The translations under genes were made by a program, and so were the position numbers. Of a stretch of 64,000 nucleotides of DNA, positions 14,270-28,542 are shown in pieces (the stretch's first letter is position 1; each line of letters begins with the position of its first letter). The notes under the pieces are model-generated. The model worked only from the letters and a program-made list of their open reading frames with translations. It made no database searches and was not told where the DNA came from. This DNA comes from Eledone cirrhosa (lineage: Eukaryota): assembly GCA_964016885.1 (NCBI GenBank), contig OZ024746.1, positions 4,278,001 to 4,342,000 of the forward strand, given 5' to 3'.

Positions 14270-16185
14270 ACATACATACATGATGATGATGGCTGCCCCT
14301 TCGTTATCGAGAATGGCCATTGCACAATATACCATTATCAATAATTATTAATTAATTATATCGTGGAATGCCTGTGCGTGAAGTTTTTTTTAAAGTGAGG
14401 AAAGACTGTGCACTGAGCCAATCCCACTCTCTGAGCGACAGTAACTATAACCCGAACAGAAGAAAAGATCAACATCATCGGTAACTACTAAGCCCTTCCA
14501 AAGACTTAGATTCCTTTCTGCATATGCTGCAACGAACGAAAAACAAAAAGGTCGTGCTTATAGAGCACGTGAAAGTCATCTAGATTAAGTGGTGCCTGTG
14601 TTTGAAGCTTTTCTAGTGAAGAAAGGCCTTGTAGTGAACCAACATCACTCTCTGAACAATGGTGCCAGCTAGGAAAGGCCTTGTAGTGAACCAACACCAC
14701 TTTCTGAACAATGGTACCAGCTAGGAAAGGCCTTGTAGTGAACCAACACCACTTTCTGAACAATGGTGCCAGCTAGGAAAGGTCTTGTAGTGAACCAACA
14801 CCACTCTCTGAACAATGGTGCCAGCTAGGAAAGGCCTTGTAGTGAACCAACACCACTCTCTGAACAATGGTGCCAGCTAGGAAAGGTCTTGTAGTGAACC
14901 AACACCACTCTCTGAACAATGGTGCCAGCTAGGAAAGGCCTTGTAGTGAACCAACACCACTTTCTGAACAATGGTACCAGCTAGGAAAGGCCTTGTAGTG
15001 AACCAACCCCACTCTCTGAACAATGGTGCCAGCTAGGAAAGGTCTTGTAGTGAACCAACACCACTCTCTGAACAATGGTGCCAGCTAGGAAAGGCCTTGT
15101 AGTGAACCAACACCACTCTCTGAACAATGGTGCCAGCTAGGAAAGGTCTTGTAGTGAACCAACACCACTTTCTGAACAATGGTGCCAGCTAGGAAAGGCC
15201 TTGTAGTGAACGAACACCACTTTCTGAACAATGGTACCAGCTAGGAAAGGCCTTGTAGTGAACCAACACCACTCTCTGAACAATGGTGCCAGCTAGGAAA
15301 GGTCTTGTAGTGAACCAACACCACTTTCTGAACAATGGTACCAGCTAGGAAAGGTCTTGTAGTGAACCAACACCACTTTCTGAACAATGGTACCAGCTAG
15401 GAAAGGCCTTGTAGTGAACCAACACCACTTTCTGAACAATGGTACCAGCTAGGAAAGGCCTTGTAGTGAACCAACATCACTCTCTGAACAATGGTACCAG
15501 CTAGGAAAGGCCTTGTAGTGAACCAACACCACTCTCTGAACAATGGTGCCAGCTAGGAAAGGCCTTGTAGTGAACCAACACCACTTTCTGAACAATGGTA
15601 CCAGCTAGGAAAGGTCTTGTAGTGAACCAACACCACTCTCTGAACAATGGTACCAGCTAGGAAAGGCCTTGTAGTGAACCAACCCCACTCTCTGAACAAT
15701 GGTACCAGCTAGGAAAGGCCTTGTAGTGAACCAACCCCACTCTCTGAACAATGGTACCAGCTAGGAAAGGTCTTGTAGTGAACCAACACCACTCTCTGAA
15801 CAATGGTACCAGCTAGGAAAGGCCTTGTAGTGAACCAACCCCACTCTCTGAACAATGGTACCAGCTAGGAAAGGTCTTGTAGTGAACCAACACCACTCTC
15901 TGAACAATGGTACCAGCTAGGAAAGGCCTTGTAGTGAACCAACACCACTCTCTGAACAATGGTACCAGCTAGGAAAGGCCTTGTAGTGAACCAACACCAC
16001 TCTCTGAACAATGGTGCCAGCTAGCCAAAAACGAGCTCAGCTCGACATCATTGTCTGCCATCGAGTTGCAGGTTTCACATCAGTTTTCCTTCTCCTAGAA
16101 TGTTGTTCTAAAAAGAACTAGGGCTTTCTCACACACGGTGCGCTAACCTAGTACTCGGACAACATCACAGTATTTCGATGTCCCC
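14270..16185 (-). mobile_element. RTE-derived non-autonomous element interrupted by a 52-bp array
   Basis: Shares ATGGCTGCC..TCGTT.TCGAG..GGCCA, GCC..TCCCACTCTC and GTTGCAGG..CAGTTTTCCTTCTCCTAGAA motifs with 16205-16812; (CATA)/(TGA) tail. Confidence 0.55.
14621..16024. repeat. 52-bp minisatellite, 27 copies
   Basis: Unit GAAAGGYCTTGTAGTGAACCAACACCACTYTCTGAACAATGGTRCCAGCTAG, in phase at 14621, 14881, 15661 and 15921. Confidence 0.97.
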
Positions 16186-16204
16186 ACGTATACATACATA
16201 CATA

Positions 16205-16812
16205 CATGGTGGCTGCCAACTCGTTTTCGAGTACGGCCATTACTTTATATCCATGTAGGAGAACCCCTACCGATGCGCTGAACAAGTGTGACTTTTTAGT
16301 CCAGCCAGCGACTTGAAAACTCTGGTACAAACACTACACCTGTGACAATTATTGACACATAGTGCTGGACCCATGGTACCATGTGACGACAAGTGCAGAT
16401 ATCTCCAGATATAAAGCAATGCCTGTGCCGTGAAGCTTTTATAGTGGGCAAAGGCACTGCACAAAGCCAGTCCCACTCTCTTAACCAAGATGATATTTAC
16501 CAAAAAGAAGAACAAGTCAACATCATTGGATTCCATCAGGGTTGCAGGTGTTATATCACAGTTTTCCTTCTCCAAGAATTCTGCCTTGACAAAGGCTAAG
16601 GGGTCATCTCTCCCGGTGATTTTGGATGGCCATTGACTCTTAAGAGCTCCTTTGCCCTTTGACAGGTTTTGTTTTTAGTCCTGCAGGATGTCCAAAGTCA
16701 CCCTCCTCACCAAGAAACCTTGGTGGGGTTGCCAGTTTAGTCGCCAACGACCCGACCATGAAACAGGTTGTACTGGGATACATGTTACCAGTAGCACCAA
16801 CTGGTGACCTGA
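16205..16812 (-). mobile_element. Bipartite RTE-derived non-autonomous retroelement, copy 1
   Basis: RTE 5'UTR-like GGAGAAGGAAAACTG motif, C2H2-like remnant CSVCTRVFKSLAGLKSH near the 3' end, (TATG)n tail; second copy at 61483-62078. Confidence 0.7.
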
Positions 16813-16899
16813 CATATATACATACATACATACATACATACATACATACATAGTATGTATGTATGTATGTATGTATGTATGTATGTATGTATGTATGTA

Positions 16900-17116
16900 T
16901 GACTGAACTTGGATTTGCGGACAAAAAGCGCAGCTCCCTAATTCATAGTCTACAAATGGCTGCGATAGCTGGCACCTTCAAAATTTGCAAAACATTCTTG
17001 CGATTCAAGGGATGACAATTTCTTTTCTTTTACAACCTTGCCACCAGGAAGGTGGCCGGTCAAAAAAATATACTCGAAATTAAGAGAAAGAGAAAACATA
17101 CATACATACATACATA
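16900..17116 (+). mobile_element. R4/Dong-like RLE retroelement 3' end, 5'-truncated
   Basis: MTELGFADKKRSSLIHSLQMAAIAGTFKICKTFLRFKG* + 3'UTR + (CATA)n; inverted homolog of 18296-18510. Confidence 0.8.
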
Positions 17117-17480
17117 CTGCCTCAATACAAATCTTGAGAAGCTTGGCTTCACATGAACAGAAAGAACACAACTAGTTAGGAAATTACAAGTACAATCCAT
17201 TAATGGAACAGTAAAAATATGTAAAACATTCCAAAAACTTTGCATCTAATAACTGCATATATACATGTACAGATACAAAGTATATACACATGCACACATA
17301 CAACTCAAAACATCCACATCCACACATACAATAACATCCATATCTACACATACATACATATCTACCTAGTTGATGTTGTGTAAATTCGAATGAGAGAGAC
17401 TTGTGTCTATGTTAGAAACCGACTCTCTTTTTATTGGTAAAACTTTGTGAAATTATAAAACCAGAAGAACATTCATACAA
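17117..17480 (+). mobile_element. Second R4/Dong-like subfamily 3' fragment
   Basis: CLNTNLEKLGFT*TERTQLVRKLQVQSINGTVKICKTFQKLCI*; end TGAAATTATAAAACCAGAAGAACAT also present inverted at 19190-19213. Confidence 0.6.
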
Positions 17481-17618
17481 TGAGACGCAATGAGAAAATG
17501 AACTCAAAAATAGGAAAATTAATGAAAACAACGTAAAGATGAGTACTAAAAATCGTGTGTGAATGTATGTAGTATTGTATGTGTTCACCTCTTAATCTCT
17601 CTATCTATCTGTATGTCC

Positions 17619-17726
<108 letters not shown>

Positions 17727-18295
17727 GTGTATATATATATATATACATGTATGTATAGATATGACAATGAGTCATACAAATAGGATACTCAAGGATATAT
17801 ATATATAGGAGAATGAATGATGCAAATATGAAAATAAACGGTAGGAATTCCTAATATAATGTAAAATAAAACATAAAGAATTATACAACTAACGAAAAAT
17901 AAACGATACATGTATAAAAATGAATAAAAGAAAAATGGGAAAATGAATGCTGAAAATCCAAAATTGCTGATACATACACAGGGAAAAGATAAAGACTACA
18001 TAAAATCTAAATGAAACAACGAAAAAAAATAATAATACAAATGCGAAAATAAATTATGGACAGAGAAAGAAAAAGAATTGATGATATAAATATGGAAATG
18101 AAGGAAAGATATACGGAAATGAATGAGAAACCTTTTTAATTGTCAAGCTGACATTTCGACATGCTTGAAAAATTTCATATTTTAAAGCTGAAAATAGTAC
18201 AGCAGTCCAGATGATATATTTTTTTTCTTTATTCTTCCAGAAATATCTACCAACAAATCTTTATAGTTTTGCATCTTTCTTGATGTGGTTGTCAG

Positions 18296-19168
18296 TATGT
18301 ATGTATGTTATCTCTTTCTCTTAATTTAGAGTATATTTTTTTTGACCGGCCACCTTCCTGGTGGCAAGGTTGTAAAAGAAAAGAAATTGTCATCCCTTGA
18401 ATCACAAGTATGTTTTGCAAATTTTGAAGGTGCCAGCTATCGCAACCATTTATAGACTATGAAGTAGGGAGCTGCGTTCTTTGTACGCAAATCCAAGTTC
18501 AGTCATACTTTGGTCCAAGCGGGTTGGTATATAACCCGTAGCTCCAATAATGATGGGTATGAAGCTAAAGGTGTATCTTGGATACTGGATTTGTAAACTC
18601 CTCATCAATGGTCCGTAGATGTCCTCCTTCTGTATTTTTCTGACAACGTTTACATCAAGTGGGCAGTTGATCTCCACAACAGAACACGTGTTTAATGTGT
18701 TGTCCCAAACAACAATATCTGGCCGGTTGTGCTTTAATTTGGTGGCAGTTTTTATTTTCAGGTTCCACCAGTATTCCTTAGTGCCATCTGTCTCAATATA
18801 TTCGTCCTCGTTTGTTGTTAATTTTGTTTTCCGAAGTGCGTTCCAGATGGTTCTAGCTATCCCATCGTGTCTCATGGGGAGGTAGTAGCGAGATGACATT
18901 CTTTCGCAGCTGGCAACAATGTGGCTTACATCCTCGATCTTTGTTTTACATAGCCTACATTTATTGTCAGCTGATGGCCCTCCCCTTTTGTGCAGCAGAT
19001 ATTTGGTAGGGAGTTCTTGTTCCTGTATTGCATAGAGATATCCCTCAAGGTGTGATGTCATAAACTTGTCGGAACTCCATGCCAGGCTTTTTGAGTGATT
19101 TATCCCCTCTATGGTCTGTGTCTTACGTCTCAAGTATCCATGCACAACCTTTTCTGTAAATTGGTCAA
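18296..19168 (-). mobile_element. 5'-truncated R4/Dong-like non-LTR retrotransposon (CCHC + restriction-like endonuclease), premature stop at 18450
   Basis: QEQ motif, CRLC..EDVSHIVASC zinc knuckle, RHD, NRPDIVVWD..VEINCP (PD-(D/E)xK type), IIIGATG; (ATAC)n at both ends. Confidence 0.9.
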
Positions 19169-19731
19169 TGTATGTATGTATGTATGTATGTTCTTCTGGT
19201 TTTATAATTTCATATGTTTTTGTCAAAGTATGTATGTATGTATGCATGTATGTGTGTATGTATGTATTTATGTGTCATGTTTATTATAACGTCCCTCGTT
19301 CATTACTTGTACATACATACATACATACATACATATGTGTGAGTGTTGTGCACATATTTAGCACCGTCACCGTTGTGTGAATGCAACACAAATCGACATG
19401 TCTGGAATGTCCGATGAAACAATGAATTCGTTGTCTCAGAGTGGTTCCAATTAATTCTATTTTGAGAGGGTTTCGTACAGAATACTGAGCCTATAGAATT
19501 GGGGTCGGATATAACAACATCAAATGCCGAAAGAAAACTTAGTTACCTTGATCCTCGTCGTTTTCTGTCACACCTGGCTGCATATGTTGCTAAATGCATA
19601 GTTGCACATTTACAGCAGAAGCAAGCAGATCAGGTTGGCCTTCATCAGAAGACACTACCCATACGGAGAGGCATGGTAAATGTGTGACAGCGACTAACAT
19701 ATTCAGTATTCTACCATGGATAAATTTACTA

Positions 19732-19771
<40 letters not shown>

Positions 19772-19776
19772 TCTCT

Positions 19777-19840
<64 letters not shown>

Positions 19841-20047
19841 TTATTAAATAACAGATTAAAGTTTAAGCAAAGAATCGCTGCTTTCACCCTTAACGGGATC
19901 TTCCCGTTAAGGGTGAAAACAGCGATTCTTTGCTTAAACTTTAATCTGTTATTTTAATAAATATTTGCTCTACGGTTCTTATATATTTGATATATATTTA
20001 TCCTTATCGAGCCCTCTTTGGATTTTAGTCTTCAATTTTATTATTAT

Positions 20048-20050
<3 letters not shown>
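19841..20050. mobile_element. Family B short element, copy 2, with ~57-bp fold-back (19841-19960)
   Basis: ..CACCCTTAACGGGA-TCT-TCCCGTTAAGGGTG.. palindrome; flanked by (TA)n. Confidence 0.8.
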
Positions 20051-20101
<51 letters not shown>

Positions 20102-20103
<2 letters not shown>

Positions 20104-20300
20104 GTTATTCCGGGTTGAATCGGAGGTAACCACAGTAAATAAGGTACTCAATACATTGCAGAGCATAAAAGTTTTAATATAGATGAGATTCTACAGGACT
20201 AGAACTGTTTCATTCTTTAGAAATCATCAGGAATCTTTTCCTGATGATTTCTAAAGAATGAAACAGTTCTAGTCCTGTAGAATCTCATCTATATTAAAAC
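20102..20300. mobile_element. Family C short element, copy 1: ~62-bp perfect fold-back with two divergent HHR cores
   Basis: Arms 20172-20233/20239-20300; CUGAUGA-UUUC-UAAA-GAAU-GAAA-CAGUUC at 20241 (+) and 20230 (-). Confidence 0.85.
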
Positions 20301-20332
<32 letters not shown>

Positions 20333-20678
20333 TAAAACCCTCCCACTTTCTTTAATTCATTTCTTCTGTTTTCATGATAACAGTTTCCTTTGGGTTCATC
20401 ACAAAAACTCTTTCATTCCACTAATCATAACTATTGGATCTAGACTGAAACAGATGTTTGTCTTACCCTTCGTTGTATAACTTGTAAATCTTAAGAACTT
20501 ATTCCTATATTTTAATACTACAAGACTATTCTTTGACACCTCTCTCAATATAAACCTCTGTTGACGTTTTATTCTTTCATGTTTTCACCTTTTCCCCTTT
20601 TCTCAAGTATTTTGTTCGTTTGTTTCTTCTTGGGCGTAAGAAAACATTTACGTTTTAACGCATTTACGTGTCATGCAA

Positions 20679-20858
20679 GGCTATTCAGTTTAAATTGAAC
20701 ATGTGTTTACTGTGTGAATTAAAATACACCAGTGTACAGGCTATTCAGTTTAAATTGAACATGTGTTTACTGTGTGAATTAAATACACCAGTGTACAGGC
20801 TATTCAGTTTAAATTGAACATGTGTTTACTGTGTGAATTAAATACACTACAGTGTACA
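20679..20858. repeat. ~59-bp tandem repeat, 3 copies
   Basis: GGCTATTCAGTTTAAATTGAACATGTG... at 20679, 20739 and 20798. Confidence 0.95.
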
Positions 20859-22589
20859 AGCATATTGCTTAAATAGAAACTACAGCTATGTATTTGATAA
20901 TACACTATGACGTAGAGTCTAGACCTGTTGAAAAGAAAAAACATTGAAAGAATAGTTGTATTTCTGTATTTACAAGTGAAAAGTCAACAGACACAGACTA
21001 TTCTGGGTTGATTTAGTACAGAGTTGTATTTCAATAATCGGAACAATAATAGTTTCACAGGGAGATGTTTCTCTCTGATTTCAATTCTAAACAGACTAAG
21101 AAATGTTAGTATACCATTCTTTGTTTTAATGGGCAACGTTTCTTTAAGTGGACATTGATTGTTGCTCTATATTGACACATATAAATTATATTCTCTTTTA
21201 CACACACAAAAACACCCACAAACACTCATACACAATACATATACACACATTGTTTCCAATCACTTGGGTAATGTCAATTTGTGATGAGGCACAATTAAAG
21301 TACAGCTTTGGAAATATGCCATCACTCTATTTTCGCAACTATATACTTACATGCGCCTTTAAGATTCAATCATATATATAAGGAATGTAAGGAAACCCCT
21401 GTGTTTTCAAGCAGCACTGTCTTTCTCCTAGATATAAATATGTATATAAAAGCTTATCTGGGTTTAAGAACATTAAAAAAATATAACGTATATTCAACCT
21501 TGGAGTGGAAACTGAATATCACTAAAGAGATTATATAATTTTCAAAAGAATAATGGTAGAAAACTGGATGCATTCACCTGTCTTGAGATCCTTGTTAACT
21601 TGCCACAGTGTTACTGGAGGATTTACCAAATACATATTCTAAATCCTGCATTTGTTGACGCAGAGTCAGACAAATACTCACAAAATATATTAATACGGAA
21701 CATATCTGTGTTATTACCTTCTTTGTAATTAAACAGATATAGCAAGACCACAACAACAGTACAGTGATACATCTTATATATACCTGTATTGTATTGGACA
21801 TGAACTCACAATCAACTGATGACTTAATGGGACATTGTATCTCTCTCGGATATAGAACACTTGTCTTAATTCAAACTAACCATGGAGAACAAGTACGAAA
21901 TTTTAGTATTAAGGACTGGGAGGGAAGTTAACCGCAGCAGATGAGTGACCTATCAGTGACAATATATCTCTCTCGCCGTATTACAAACGTTTAACTTTGA
22001 CAGTACGTTCTGCCCCACTCTCTATCTTTGAGATTCCTATAAAGATAAACTTTTACATTTATTCACATGTAATTTGGTTTCAGATCTCCGGCCCAGTCTA
22101 CAAACACAATTCTCTATTCTGATATTTAAAGTAGCTCGTCTTCATCTCTCCCACTAACACAACTAATACAATTTACATGGCGCTATGTAACTCTTCTATC
22201 TTAGCTGAATAGTTTTTCAAACCTTAACAATACTGCTGATCAGCAGCTCTCCAGAGCCAACCTTTCTATCATCAGCTAATGTTCTTCAATGCGTATCGTT
22301 TTCTTACAAACGCCGCGAGCAATTCGAGTTGTCTGTAAATGAAATAAATTTCCCTTCAATAGGGAACCACCACAATGACATTCGAATGTTCATTAGTAAC
22401 GTGTCAAGATGTATAAAAGGGGACAACATTGGTTCTTCTAAAGAATGATATGGGACGAAAGGCAGAATACATTCTATGATAAAGCAATAAATCTTTAAGT
22501 TGTTACGGAAGCTGGTTCTTGCCATTTCTGTCATAGGAGCATAGGTAATACATCAAACATCAATTGACTATAGCATACATACATACATT

Positions 22590-22625
<36 letters not shown>

Positions 22626-22734
22626 AACACACACACTCACACACACGCATATATATATATATATATACACATATATACAAACCTGCATAGACATATATGT
22701 ATATATATATTACTACTTATCTCTCATCCCTTAG

Positions 22735-22816
<82 letters not shown>

Positions 22817-23599
22817 CCCCCCCCTCTCTCTCTCTCTCTCTGTATATGTATATATATATATATATATATAGGGTTATTGCAATATATAGATATTTTGAAT
22901 AGTTAAAATATTCAGAGTGAAAATCAGAGAAATGGATTGTGTGTCCATCCGTACAATAACTGTAATATAGAACATATACATACATGTGCACAATTTATAT
23001 ATATATATATATATATATCCGTATGCAATTGGCGGCTGAGAGAAAAGAGTACTCAATACTCTCTCTATACGTATACATACATACATAAAATATGTGCAAA
23101 TGCATGTATATGTGCATGTGTAGTAGAAGGCTGAGATGGGCTAGAAATTATTATGTACCTCACCACTGTATTTAGTGCAACATTGATGACAGAGTATAAA
23201 TTCTTTACTTGTCCACCTTGTTTGTTGTTTGATGTTTGTTATTTAAATGTTTGCTCTTTAATCTTACATTACAAAGTAGAAATACCTCAGTAATTATACA
23301 GATACAGCTTCTTTATTATTGCAAGTTAAAGTGTCGACATTTTGCTGCTTATTTGATCACTCATTCCTACACACACACATAACCACATACTATACACACA
23401 CACATAACTACATACTAGACACACTCCGACATACACATACCAAAGACATAATTTTAACAAAGATTTGAGATGGAAAATTGATGCAATGTTACATTCAAAA
23501 ATACATTTATCTACACACACTAACGTGCTGATCGATACTGCAGTGAGAAAATCAGCAGAGGAAATCGTGCAATAATCGAACGTTCCTGTATACTAAATA

Positions 23600-23765
23600 G
23601 GGTCGGACGTCATGCTTTGACGTATAGAGTTACGGCCCTTTCCATTCTGAGTTCAAATCCCGCCGAGGTCAACTTTGCCTTTCATCCTTACGGGGTCGAT
23701 AAAATAAAGTACCAGTAATGTACTGGGTAATTGCTGGCCTTGTGCCAAAAATAGAAACAATTATT
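23600..23765 (+). mobile_element. tRNA-derived SINE
   Basis: Box B GAGTTCAAATCCCGCC plus the shared body and tail. Confidence 0.85.
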
Positions 23766-23813
23766 AGACATTGCCATCTTTTATTAGAATGAGTGATAGT
23801 TAAAACTGTGACT

Positions 23814-24618
23814 TAGTGGATGTCTATAGTATAGTGGATGTCTATAGTATAGTGGATGTCTATAGCATAGTGGATGTCTATAGTATAGTGGATGTCTATA
23901 GTATAGTGGATGTCTATAGTATAGTGGATGTCTATAGCATAGTGAATGTCTATAGTATAGTGGATGTCTATAGTATAGTGGATGTCTATAGCATAGTGGA
24001 TGTCTATAGTATAGTGGATGTCTATAGTATAGTGGATGTCTATAGCATAGTGGATGTCTATAGTATAGTGGATGTCTATAGTATAGTGGTTCTCTATAGT
24101 ATAGTGGATGTCTATAGTATAGTGGATGTCTATAGTATAGTGGTTGTCTAGAGTATAGTGGTTCTCTATAGTATAGTGGATGTCTATAGTATAGTGGTTC
24201 TCTATAGTATAGTGGATGTCTATAGTATAGTGGATGTCTATAGTATAGTGGATGTCTATAGTATAGTGGATGTCTATAGTATAGTGGTTGTCTAGAGTAT
24301 AGTGGTTCTCTATAGTATAGTGGATGTCTATAGTATAGTGGTTCTCTATAGTATAGTGGATGTCTATAGTATAGTGGATGTCTATAGTATAGTGGATGTC
24401 TATAGTATAGTGGTTCTCTATAGTATAGTGGATGTCTATAGTATAGTGGATGTCTATAGTATAGTGGATGTCTATAGTATAGTGGTTCTCTATAGTATAG
24501 TGGATGTCTATAGTATAGTGGATGTCTATAGTATAGTGGATGTCAAGAGTATAGTGGATGTCTATTGTATAGTGGATATCTATAGTATAGTGGATGTCTA
24601 TAGTATAGTGGTTCTCCA
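23814..24618. repeat. 18-bp minisatellite, ~45 copies
   Basis: Unit AGTGGATGTCTATAGTAT with variants. Confidence 0.97.
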
Positions 24619-24682
24619 TATGATAGTGAATGTCTCTATGATAGTCTGTACATATTTTACAACTAAGCTTGTGAAAGACATT

Positions 24683-25885
24683 GTAACTGGTATATATATA
24701 TAGTAACTGGTATATATATAGTGACTGGTATATATATATAGTAACTGGTATATTTATAGTAACTGGTATATATATATATAGTAACTGGTATATATATATA
24801 GTAACTGGTATATTTATAGTAACTGGTATATATATATAGTAACTGGCATATTTATAGTAACTGGTATATATATAGTAACTGGTATATTTATAGTAACTGG
24901 TATATATATAGTAACTGGTATATTTATAGTAACTGGTATATATATATATAGTAACTGGTATATTTATAGTAACTGGTATATATATATAGTAACTGGTATA
25001 TATATAGTAACTGGTATATTTATAGTAACTGGTATATATATAGTAACTGGTATATATATAGTAACTGGTATATTTATAGTAACTGGTATATATATAGTAA
25101 CTGGTATATTTATAGTAACTGGTATATATATATATAGTAACTGGTATATATATATAGTAACTGGTATATATATAGTAACTGGTATATATATATAGTAACT
25201 GGTATATATATAGTAACTGGTATATATATAGTAACTGGTATATTTATATAGTAACTGGTATATATATAGTAACTGGTATATATATATATATAGTAACTGG
25301 TATATTTATATAGTAACTGGTATATATATATAGTAACTGGTATATATATATAGTAACTGGTATATATATATATAGTAACTGGTATATATATAGTAACTGG
25401 TATATATATATAGTAACTGGTATATATATAGTAACTGGTATATATATATAGTAACTGGTATATATATAGTAACTGGTATATATATAGTAACTGGTATATA
25501 TATAGTAACTGGTATATATATAGTAACTGGTATATATATATATAGTAACTGGTATATATATATAGTAACTGGTATATATATATATAGTAACTGGTATATA
25601 TATAGTAACTGGTATATATAGTAACTGGTATATATATATAGTAACTGGTATATTTATAGTAACTGGTATATATATAGTAACAGGTATATATATATATAGT
25701 AACTGGTATATATATATATATAGTAACTGGTATATATATAGTAACTGGTATATATAGTAACTGGTATATATATATATATAGTAACTGGTATATATATATA
25801 GTAACTGGTATATTTATAGTAACTGGTATATATATAGTAACTGGTATATATATAGTAACTGGTATATATATAGTAACTGGTATAC
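24683..25885. repeat. GTAACTGG-(TA)n variable-length minisatellite
   Basis: Constant GTAACTGG core separated by TA runs of variable length. Confidence 0.97.
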
Positions 25886-26402
25886 AAACAGAGATATTAT
25901 CCATGCAAACAACCAGATCAATTATCAAAGATACGTCAAACATGATATTCTAATGCATAAATACATGTCTATTAGCCATTGCTGACATTTTGAGGTTTAG
26001 AGACTATAGCATGTGTTGCACTGTAGTTCACGGTGTGTGTGTGTGCAAGTAATCCTGATATATTAGTTAGAAAGGTAACAGTATGATAACCCCTTTATCA
26101 AAAAGAATAGACATATAAATCATATTTCTATTATAGAAATTATATGTAATGTACAAAAGTCACAATATATATTCAAATTACCATAGAGATGATGAATCTA
26201 TATTATGAAATGATGTAACTAACAGAAAGTGTTATATTTAAATTATTCTAATTGGAAATGTACTCCTATAACAAGTCAATGGATCATACATTGTTATATT
26301 ACCAGTAATAGTGTCACGTTTACTTAATTGAAAGAGGCATATATGTACATATTGTAATTTCTGATAGAGTTCTAGGGATGCCGTGATGACATACCCAGTA
26401 TC

Positions 26403-27566
26403 TCAGCTGATCTCTTCATGTCTAAACTCAGCCGATCTCTTCATTTCTAAACTCAGCTGATCTCTTCATTTCTAAACTCAGCCGATCTCTTCATGTCTAA
26501 ACTCAGCTGATCTCTTCATGTCTAAACTCAGCTGATCTCTTCATTTCTAAACTCAGCTGATCTCTTCATTTCTAAACTCAGCTGATCTCTTCATTTCTAA
26601 ACACAGCTGATCTCTTCATTTCTAAACACAGCTGATCTCTTCATGTCTAAACTCAGCTGATCTCTTCATTTCTAAACACAGCTGATCTCTTCATGTCTAA
26701 ACACAGCTGATCTCTTCATTTCTAAACACAGCTGATCTCTTCATTTCTAAACACAGCTGATCTCTTCATTTCTAAACACAGCTGATCTCTTCATTTCTAA
26801 TCTCAGCTGATCTCTTCATGTCTAAACACAGCTGATCTCTTCATGTCTAAACACAGCTGATCTCTTCATGTCTAAACTCAGCTGATCTCTTCATTTCTAA
26901 ACTCAGCTGATCTCTTCATTTCTAAACTCAGCTGATCTCTTCATGTCTAAACACAGCTGATCTCTTCATTTCTAAACTCAGCTGATATCTTCATTTCTAA
27001 ACTCAGCTGATCTCTTCATTTCTAAACACAGCTGATCTCTTCATTTCTAAACTCAGCTGATCTCTTCATTTCTAAACTCAGCTGATCTCTTCATTTCTAA
27101 ACTCAGCTGATCTCTTCATTTCTAAACACAGCTGATCTCTTCATTTCTAAACACGGCTGATCTCTTCATTTCTAAACACAGCTGATCTCTTCATTTCTAA
27201 ACACAGATGATCTCTTCATTTCTAAACTCAGCTGATCTCTTCATGTCTAAACACAGCTGATCTCTTCATTTCTAAACACAGCTGATCTCTTCATGTCTAA
27301 ACACAGCTGATCTCTTCATGTCTAAACTCAGCTGATCTCTTCATGTCTAAACACAGCTGATCTCTTCATGTCTAAACTCAGCTGATCTCTTCATGTCTAA
27401 ACACAGCTGATCTCTTCATGTCTAAACACAGCTGATCTCTTCATTTCTAAACACAGCTGATCTCTTCATGTCTAAACACAGCTGATCTCTTCATGTCTAA
27501 ACACAGCTGATCTCTTCATGTCTAAACACAGCTGATCTCTTCATGTCTAAACTCAGCTGATCTCTT
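26403..27566. repeat. 25-bp minisatellite, ~46 copies
   Basis: Unit WCAGCTGATCTCTTCATKTCTAAAC. Confidence 0.97.
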
Positions 27567-27619
27567 CCAGAGAAGGAGAGGGTTTTAAGGGAAGAAAAAA
27601 TATAGAGAAAGATTCGAAC

Positions 27620-27762
27620 GGAGTGCTGGACCGGTACGATTATTATTGACCTCGAAAATATTGAAAGGTAAAATTGACCTAGGCGTGTTTTGAACTCAGA
27701 GGGTAAAGAGCCGGAACGAATAAAGCAAACCATCCTATTTCACGCTCTACCGATTCTTGAAA
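27620..27762 (-). mobile_element. Diverged SINE
   Basis: GGTAC..TATTGACCTCGAAA..GAAAGGTAAAATTGACC..TTTGAACTCAGA similar to other copies. Confidence 0.6.
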
Positions 27763-27779
27763 TTCGTCCCCTTATTGAA

Positions 27780-27956
<177 letters not shown>

Positions 27957-28128
27957 GATATAGATAGGTAAATATACACGGGTGTGTATGATTGTGTATA
28001 GAAGATTATATTAATAAGAGGAATTCCAACTTTGTCTGATTTACTCGTTTTATTTACAATCCTTTAAAATATATATAATGGTATTATAATGAAATAGTAT
28101 GATAGAATATTAAATTCTAAGTGTTAAT

Positions 28129-28167
28129 TGAACAAGTACTTTCATGCTTTCGCAATCTTCAGGTTCA
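28129..28167 (-). ncRNA. Minimal type-I hammerhead ribozyme in the PLE 3' region
   Basis: UGAAC-CUGAAGA-U-UGC-GAAA-GCA-U-GAAA-GUAC-UU-GUUCA: 5-bp helix I, GNRA-capped helix II, palindromic AGUACU in place of helix III. Confidence 0.8.
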
Positions 28168-28542
28168 TGATATGTGGTGACAGTCGAGTTTGCAATTTTC
28201 AACTGTAATGAGATGGGTAAATTTCCTACCTTTTATACATTTTATACAGAGAAAAGTGGCTCCAGAATGCAAAGCCCTGTAAACTGTATTTCGACCAATC
28301 AGTGTGTAGTTTCACTGAATTACTACAGCTGATTGGTTTAAGCGTCACGGCTGGTTGAGCATGCTAACGACCAATAGTCATATCCAACGTATCAATTGTT
28401 TTGCTTTTTTGAAATGATGAAAATAGCATTTTCTATTAATCATCACCATCAACATCACTTTTATTATTATTATTATTGTTGTTGTTGTTGTTGTTAGTGG
28501 TCGTGGTCATAGTGGTAGTAGAAGTAATACCCCTAGGCGTTA

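Noticed and set aside
24683-25885. Repeat-spacer (CRISPR-like) pattern
   Set aside because: Spacers are only TA runs and the core is 8 bp
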